Below, one piece after another: positions 58,049 through 64,000 of a stretch of 64,000 nt of DNA (within the stretch, counting starts at the first letter, position 1; each line of letters starts with the position of its first letter). The notes below the pieces were generated by a model, which saw nothing but the letters and a program-made list of their open reading frames with translations, had not been told where the DNA came from and did not search any database. Source of the stretch: an uncultured Candidatus Saccharibacteria bacterium. GTDB taxonomy: Bacteria; Patescibacteriota; Minisyncoccia; Phycocordibacterales; PALSA-1337. Made by a program: the position numbers and the translations under genes. The stretch spans positions 6,004-70,003 of the forward strand of contig CAYOTK010000002.1 in NCBI GenBank assembly GCA_964406895.1. The letters run 5' to 3'.

Positions 58049-59131
58049 ATGGAAGATAACAGCCGAAAATTTGATCACAGAATTAAAAATCCCGATTCAC
58101 ACATTGTTGCTTTTTTGGCAGCGATTGATGAAATCAAGGGAGCTTTTCGTGTTGGTCTTCGCATGACGCCTCAAGCTATCACAAATCTACATAAGTCGGT
58201 ACTTGTAACTTCTGCCGGTGCTTCTACACGTATCGAGGGAGCAAAGCTTTCTGATGAAGAGGTGAAGGAAATCATGGAAGGATTTTCAATACAAAAATTC
58301 TCCGATCGAGATTCGCAGGAAGTGCAGGGCTATCTCGAGACACTAAAAAATGTTTTCGACAATTATAAAGATTTGCCATTGCGAGAGAGCATCATCACTT
58401 CTCTCCACAAAGAACTTCTAAAGTATTCAAACAAGGATGATCTACATCGTGGAGAATACAAGCATAAAGAAAATCTTGTCGGTGTTCTCGATGCCAAAGG
58501 AAATGTGGCAAAGATTATGTTTGAAACCACGCCAGCATATCTTACACAAAAAGAGATGACTGAGCTCGTAGAGTGGACACAAGAAGCACTGGAAAAAGAA
58601 CGCTTCCATCCGCTCCTCATTATCGCTAACTTTATCATTGAATTTCTGAAGATTCACCCATTCGAAGATGGTAATGGTCGTATTTCGCGTGTCCTCACGA
58701 ATTTGCTCCTACTTCGACAAGGCTATTCATTTGCACAATATGTCTCACATGAGCAGATCATAGAGCAGCGTAAGGATCAATACTATCTTGCACTCCGATC
58801 ATCTCAGGCGACATTCAGAAGTCAGACTAAGCCTGAAGGACAAGAAGAAACAATTTCACCATGGCTCAATTTCTTCTTCTCAGTTGTGAAAGAGCAGGCA
58901 GACAAGTCAATCGTGCTTGTAGAAGAAGAAACCCATGAAGATACAATGTCGCCGAAGCAAAATGAGGTCTTGGAATATCTATCCAAGGTAAAAGAGGCTG
59001 GTCCGGCCGAAATTGTCAGAGAGACTGGAATTATGATGCCATCCGTTCGAAAATCACTTGAACGGCTTGTTGAGCTTGGCAGGGTAAAAAGAATTGGCAG
59101 AGGTCGAGCAACTAGATATGTAAAAATATAA
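58049..59131 (+). CDS. Fic family protein with C-terminal wHTH
   Basis: HPFEDGNGRISR, STRIEG; start moved to ATG 58049. Confidence 0.9.
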   Translation: MEDNSRKFDHRIKNPDSHIVAFLAAIDEIKGAFRVGLRMTPQAITNLHKSVLVTSAGASTRIEGAKLSDEEVKEIMEGFSIQKFSDRDSQEVQGYLETLKNVFDNYKDLPLRESIITSLHKELLKYSNKDDLHRGEYKHKENLVGVLDAKGNVAKIMFETTPAYLTQKEMTELVEWTQEALEKERFHPLLIIANFIIEFLKIHPFEDGNGRISRVLTNLLLLRQGYSFAQYVSHEQIIEQRKDQYYLALRSSQATFRSQTKPEGQEETISPWLNFFFSVVKEQADKSIVLVEEETHEDTMSPKQNEVLEYLSKVKEAGPAEIVRETGIMMPSVRKSLERLVELGRVKRIGRGRATRYVKI

Positions 59132-59133
59132 AT

Positions 59134-60777
59134 ATGGCCAAAGATTATTCACAAATGAGTAAGGAAGAATTGCTTAATGTCATCGAAAAAATTGAAGCCC
59201 GAAAGAAATACGGGCTTATCTGGGACGAGGAAAAAGTAAAAGAGCAGTTTGAGAAAGATGCTCAAAATGCGTTGCCGGTCCTGAAGGAAATCAAAGGTAA
59301 AGAGATTAGGGACAAGGACGAATCAAAGCCGATCAATATTATGATTGAGGGAGACAACTACCACGCTCTTTCAGTTTTGAATTTTACTCATCAAGGCAAG
59401 GTTGATGTGATTTATATTGATCCCCCATATAACACTGGAAATAGAGACTTTAAATACAATGATAGTTATATCGATGAGGAAGATACTTATCGTCACAGCA
59501 AATGGTTATCATTCATGGCTAAGAGATTGAAGCTTGCAAAAGGTTTGCTTTCAAAAAATGGAATTATCTTTATAAGTATCGACGACAATGAACACGCTCA
59601 ACTCAGACTTCTATGTAATGAGATTTTCGATGAAAGAAACTTCGTAGGTACAGTCACCTGGGAAAAAAGAACCAAAGCTCAAAATACAGAAACGGCAAAG
59701 GAGATGTTTCAATCTAAGACTGAATATATTTTAGTCTTCAAAAACGATCTTGATAAAGTCAGGTTTAAACTAGAAGTAAGTGGAGAGAAAATCTACGATC
59801 TTGAGGATGAGAAAGGTCTTTATAGGTTGAAATTGGTCGAGGAAATGTCTGCGCTCGGTATGCGCGGTAGAGAGACTATGGTGTTTCCAATAGAAGATAT
59901 TACGCCTAGAAAAGGATACCAATGGAAAATAGGTAAAGATCAGATAGAAAAATATAAGGCAAAAAATGCTATTCAAATTATTGATGGTAAACCTTACATT
60001 AAGATTCGGCCAGAGGAAGAAACTAATCAAAAATTCTTACCGTTTTGGTCACACTTTTTTGACAAGGATACATACGGAACATCTGAAAGAGGTAAATCGG
60101 AATTATCAAAGATCTTAGGTGGAAATGGTCATGAGTTTGAAACAGTAAAACCTATAAATCTCATTAAAAAATTACTTTTTCACATAAACAAAAATGACGG
60201 TATTGTTTTAGATTTTTTTGCGGGATCTGGTACTACGGGGCACGCGGTTCTAGAAATGAATAAACAGGATGGTGGAAGCAGAAGGTTTATTCTCTGCACT
60301 AACGATGAAGGTAAAATTGCCACAGGCATCTGTTATCCAAGAATAGAGAAAGCTATATCTGGATACAAGGATAAAGATGAGAAAATTCAAGGTCTTGGCG
60401 GCTCATTAAAATATTTCAAAACAAAATTTGTAAAAAACACTTCGAATCCAGACGACGCTAAGAAAAAGATCACCGAGGAATGTACGGAAATGTTGTGCCT
60501 GCGCGAGAATATCTTTGATGAGATAAAAACCAAAAATGAATACAGAATATTCCAACGTGGCAATAAAATTCTCGCTGCGTATTACGCACTTGAACGTGCT
60601 GATCTCAAAGACCTGAAGAAGGAGCTGGATAAACTTGAGGGAGATAAGGTTCTCTATTGCTTTACCCTTGACCCCCTCGGTCTTGATAAGAAGGACTTCA
60701 AAGGTTGGGACAATGTAACGCTTGAGCCTATTCCGCAGAAAATCTTAGACGTCTATAAACAAATTTATGAGTATTGA
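59134..60777 (+). CDS. type III-like R-M modification methylase (Mod)
   Basis: IEGDN, IYIDPPYNTG, HSKWLSFM, DFFAGSGTT. Confidence 0.88.
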   Translation: MAKDYSQMSKEELLNVIEKIEARKKYGLIWDEEKVKEQFEKDAQNALPVLKEIKGKEIRDKDESKPINIMIEGDNYHALSVLNFTHQGKVDVIYIDPPYNTGNRDFKYNDSYIDEEDTYRHSKWLSFMAKRLKLAKGLLSKNGIIFISIDDNEHAQLRLLCNEIFDERNFVGTVTWEKRTKAQNTETAKEMFQSKTEYILVFKNDLDKVRFKLEVSGEKIYDLEDEKGLYRLKLVEEMSALGMRGRETMVFPIEDITPRKGYQWKIGKDQIEKYKAKNAIQIIDGKPYIKIRPEEETNQKFLPFWSHFFDKDTYGTSERGKSELSKILGGNGHEFETVKPINLIKKLLFHINKNDGIVLDFFAGSGTTGHAVLEMNKQDGGSRRFILCTNDEGKIATGICYPRIEKAISGYKDKDEKIQGLGGSLKYFKTKFVKNTSNPDDAKKKITEECTEMLCLRENIFDEIKTKNEYRIFQRGNKILAAYYALERADLKDLKKELDKLEGDKVLYCFTLDPLGLDKKDFKGWDNVTLEPIPQKILDVYKQIYEY

Positions 60778-63112
60778 TCTTAAACCATATCAAGAAAAAG
60801 CGGTCGATAAGCTGATCGAGACAACGGTCAAGTTTCTTTCGTATGACGGTCCTGGGGAGCTTTGTGTGTTCCAAGCACCCACTGGATCGGGTAAGACCGT
60901 GATGATGGCAAAATTTATCGAAGGTATTATCAAGGAGCTACCACAGGAAGATTTCTGTTTCGTTTGGATGAGTATTGGCAAGGGCGAACTTCACCTTCAG
61001 AGTAAGCATTCACTTGAAAGGATATTTGGTGGTTTTCCACGGGTAGTTTCAGTCGAGGAAGAATTCAGTGGTGGTCGCGAGCGTATCGTACAAAATGAAG
61101 TCGTCGTGGCTAACTGGGAGAAGCTTCGAACCAAGGATCGGGCATCCGGTGACTGGAAAAACCTCGTCATGAAGGATGGAGAAAAGCTCAACTTCCGTGA
61201 TGTTCTAGAGAAGACTCGAGAACAGCGAAAAATCATCCTCGTCATCGATGAGAGTCATGTAAGCGCCGATACCGCTCGCGCAAACGAGCTCCGTGAGCTT
61301 ATCAGTGCCGATGTGACTATTGAAATGAGTGCCACTCCACGTCGAATGCAGGAGGATCTAGGATTCATTCAGAAAGTGATAAGGGGTAAAGGCGAAGCTG
61401 GCTATGTTATGGTTGAACCGAAGGATGTAATAGATGAAGGAATGATCAAGAAGGAATTGATCATTAATGAAGATATTGGAAAGATTGCTGCCTCAGAAGA
61501 TGATTCACAGACGACAGTTCTCGAAGCAGCATATCGAAAGCGATTGGAGCTTAAGAAAGCTTTTGAAAAGGAAGGGTCGGACGTCAATCCCTTAGTCTTG
61601 GTACAAATACCAACAGCTGAAGCCGGTGATCAGAAAATTGATGCCGTAAAAAAGTTTTTGGCTGAGAAGAATATCACTGAGCGCAAAGGGAAATCAGGAA
61701 ACGGCAAACTTGCCATCTGGCTTGCCGAAGAAAAATCAGAGCTGATTGACTGGGTGTCGGAGCTGGACAACGAAATAGAATTTTTGATATTTAAACAAGC
61801 TATCGACACAGGCTGGGACTGTCCTCGTGCACATATTCTCGTAAAATTCCGTGAGACTCACAGCATTCCGTTCGAGATACAGACAGTCGGTCGTATACTG
61901 CGTATGCCGGAACAAAAGCATTACCAGAATGAGATACTTAATCGTGGCTACATTTACACGAACCTCAAGTCTATCGAGGTAAAAAAGGAAGAATACAATC
62001 CGAACATTATTAAGCACTTGCGGGCGGTGCGGACACCAGATTACAAACCAATCAAGCTCGAGTCGTATTATAAAACTCGCGCTGATTACGGTGACGTGAC
62101 ATCAAGCTTTAATCCTGTATTCGCGAAAGTTGCAGACGCCTATTTTGGTCTGAAGAGAGGTGATCCCGAGGAATCTATAAAGGTGATTGAAAAGGCTGGT
62201 ATTGATATGAATATTAAAAAATACCAACAAGAGCTTATAGCAGATACACATATTGATGCCAAAACATTTGACGGTATAGAAGGTAATATTTCAGCTGATG
62301 CAATGGCCAAGCTTTCAGTTGCCGCTGGCGAGCTACAACTTTTCTTTGAGCAGACTATCAAAAATAACCTTGGATCATTCAGGAATGTGAAGCGCTCGGT
62401 CCCAACCGTGAAGACGGCTATCTATTTGTGGTTCAGAAAGACTATAGGATCAAAGGAATGGGATGACGAAATGTTCATGACACAGAAGATATTCATGCAT
62501 GACAAGAATCGTGGTATTTTCGAGCACATCCTTTCTGAGGCCATAGATCAATACAAAGGAGTAAAGGAAGTGGAGGTCCGGGAGCGCGTCGAGGAAAGTG
62601 AACAATTCTACACCTTCGAACTCAGACCCGAGCAATTTTACAATGAACATGCAGACGAGACCGTGAAGGCTAGAAATTACGCATATGAGCCTTGTTATCT
62701 CAATGTCGACCGTTCACAGCCTGAGAGGGCGTTCGAGGCCTTTCTGGCCACGAATTCGGCCAAAATCGATTGGTGGTGGAAGAACGGGGAGAACAAATTG
62801 GACTATTTTGGCTTGAAATACGAGTATCAGGGCAGTATTTACACTTTCTATCCAGACTACCTAGTAAAGCTCGAAGATGGTCATATTGGCATTTTTGAGG
62901 TGAAGGAGTCGAACGATCGTGATGGCTTAAGTTACACAAAAGCAAAGGCTGAAGCATTGCAAAAATATCTAGCCCAGCAAAAGAATAAAAAGCTTTTCGG
63001 CGGTATTGTCGTTGAGCACAACAAGTCGTGGTTGATCAACAGTAATTCAAAATATAATTGGGAAAAGTGTGAGAAGGAAGATTGGGATGATTGGGATATA
63101 CTGAAATTCTGA
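60767..63112 (+). CDS. type III-like restriction endonuclease/helicase (Res)
   Basis: APTGSGKT, IDESH, SAT, GWDCPRA, QTVGRILR; C-terminal PD...EVK nuclease. Confidence 0.88.
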   Translation: MSIDLKPYQEKAVDKLIETTVKFLSYDGPGELCVFQAPTGSGKTVMMAKFIEGIIKELPQEDFCFVWMSIGKGELHLQSKHSLERIFGGFPRVVSVEEEFSGGRERIVQNEVVVANWEKLRTKDRASGDWKNLVMKDGEKLNFRDVLEKTREQRKIILVIDESHVSADTARANELRELISADVTIEMSATPRRMQEDLGFIQKVIRGKGEAGYVMVEPKDVIDEGMIKKELIINEDIGKIAASEDDSQTTVLEAAYRKRLELKKAFEKEGSDVNPLVLVQIPTAEAGDQKIDAVKKFLAEKNITERKGKSGNGKLAIWLAEEKSELIDWVSELDNEIEFLIFKQAIDTGWDCPRAHILVKFRETHSIPFEIQTVGRILRMPEQKHYQNEILNRGYIYTNLKSIEVKKEEYNPNIIKHLRAVRTPDYKPIKLESYYKTRADYGDVTSSFNPVFAKVADAYFGLKRGDPEESIKVIEKAGIDMNIKKYQQELIADTHIDAKTFDGIEGNISADAMAKLSVAAGELQLFFEQTIKNNLGSFRNVKRSVPTVKTAIYLWFRKTIGSKEWDDEMFMTQKIFMHDKNRGIFEHILSEAIDQYKGVKEVEVRERVEESEQFYTFELRPEQFYNEHADETVKARNYAYEPCYLNVDRSQPERAFEAFLATNSAKIDWWWKNGENKLDYFGLKYEYQGSIYTFYPDYLVKLEDGHIGIFEVKESNDRDGLSYTKAKAEALQKYLAQQKNKKLFGGIVVEHNKSWLINSNSKYNWEKCEKEDWDDWDILKF

Positions 63113-63118
63113 AAATGT

Positions 63119-63784
63119 ATGGCAACAAAGAAGTACCAAAAAGCAAGAAAAAAGATTCCAGCGGCAATTCAAAGAATTGTTAAAGTTGAAGCGAGACACA
63201 GCTGCATTGTTTGTAAAGTTATTAATGCTTTAGAGCTACATCATATCGATGGTGACAGAGAAAATAATAATTCAGAAAATATTGCTTGCATTTGCGCAAA
63301 TTGCCATACTCGAGCTGAGAACGGGGAAATTACTCGTATCGAACTAAAACAATATAAAGAAAAAGCTCAGGAGGAGGATGAGACTATTCGAAAACTGAAA
63401 CAGGAACTTGCCTATTATGGTAGAGGCACTTCTACGATTTCTGTCTCACAAAGTTTCAATCAAATAAAAATCAAGTACGAAAATATACTCCGTGATTTCT
63501 CTGACAAGATGATTTTTTATCAAAGTTTTATTTATTTGGCATCACCATTCTTTCTTGATCAAAGAGGGGATCGAACTAGAGAGATTATCAGAGAATTATT
63601 GGGAGTAAACCTAGAGGAAGAAAAAACAATTCTTTCTCATTTGAGATCAGCTGGGCTTTTAGATATTACCGGCGAGCTAGCTTCGCTTAAATACAAGGCG
63701 GACGCAAAGGTTGCGCTTAACGAGCTTATAGATACAGGTCGTATCGATCTGGATAAAACAACCCATCTTTTTGTAAATATATGA
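63119..63784 (+). CDS. HNH endonuclease domain protein
   Basis: CIVC...HHID...N...N...CANCH. Confidence 0.8.
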   Translation: MATKKYQKARKKIPAAIQRIVKVEARHSCIVCKVINALELHHIDGDRENNNSENIACICANCHTRAENGEITRIELKQYKEKAQEEDETIRKLKQELAYYGRGTSTISVSQSFNQIKIKYENILRDFSDKMIFYQSFIYLASPFFLDQRGDRTREIIRELLGVNLEEEKTILSHLRSAGLLDITGELASLKYKADAKVALNELIDTGRIDLDKTTHLFVNI

Positions 63785-64000
63785 AAGATCAAAAGCAAAT
63801 TTTATCAAAATTAATGAGCCTCGATAATGCCAACGCTGACAAATATCTAGCGAAATTTGTCGATGAGCTTTTTGAAAAAGTTCGTGTTGCTTCTAATAAT
63901 GAAGAAGTCCTAAAATACCTGGATATTTTGGAAGAATTTCTTTACAAGGTTCCAAAACAGAGTGCTCTAATTATTCAGCATGTTATTGATCATCCTCTAG
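63781..64000 (+). CDS. hypothetical protein, truncated by the window edge
   Basis: ATGA overlap with the HNH gene; open frame MKDQKQILSKLMSLDNANADKY... runs to the end. Confidence 0.6.
   Translation, partial: MKDQKQILSKLMSLDNANADKYLAKFVDELFEKVRVASNNEEVLKYLDILEEFLYKVPKQSALIIQHVIDHPL

Noticed and set aside
1-64000. Alternative genetic code (TGA=Gly or TAG recoding)
   Set aside because: Genes end cleanly at TGA/TAG next to the following start, and ORFs are full length under code 11.

Overview
AT-rich bacterial chromosome segment in which every convincing gene is on the + strand and TGA is used as a stop. Gene content and style suggest a Patescibacteria/CPR (Parcubacteria-like) host; this is inference. 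Four blocks: (1) 1-6.7 kb, a vWA/MoxR-type AAA+ operon with a diversity-generating retroelement (one template repeat, two adenine-mutagenised variable repeats, and only the C-terminal half of the RT). (2) 6.9-24.5 kb, an accessory small-molecule enzyme island (NUDIX, NTase, HIT, a truncated cyclodipeptide synthase, a methyltransferase). It contains a tandem array of eight 'variable domain + phospho-His swivel' genes, only the first of which has an ATP-grasp domain, plus a His-phosphatase and an SDR. (3) 24.7-32.3 kb, ABC transporters, SIMPL, pyrD, a ~190-nt palindrome and gap. (4) 32.4-57.9 kb, a compact HK97-type siphovirus-like prophage with in-gene origin iterons, a ~620-nt ORF-free, hairpin-dense candidate RNA between terminase and portal, a portal-MuF fusion, a -1 frameshift tail chaperone and three Gly-rich tail paralogues, followed by Fic / type III R-M / HNH defence-like cargo. 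The best candidates for undescribed biology are the phosphotransferase cassette array and the prophage large structured RNA. All family assignments are from motif recognition by eye; no searches were run.
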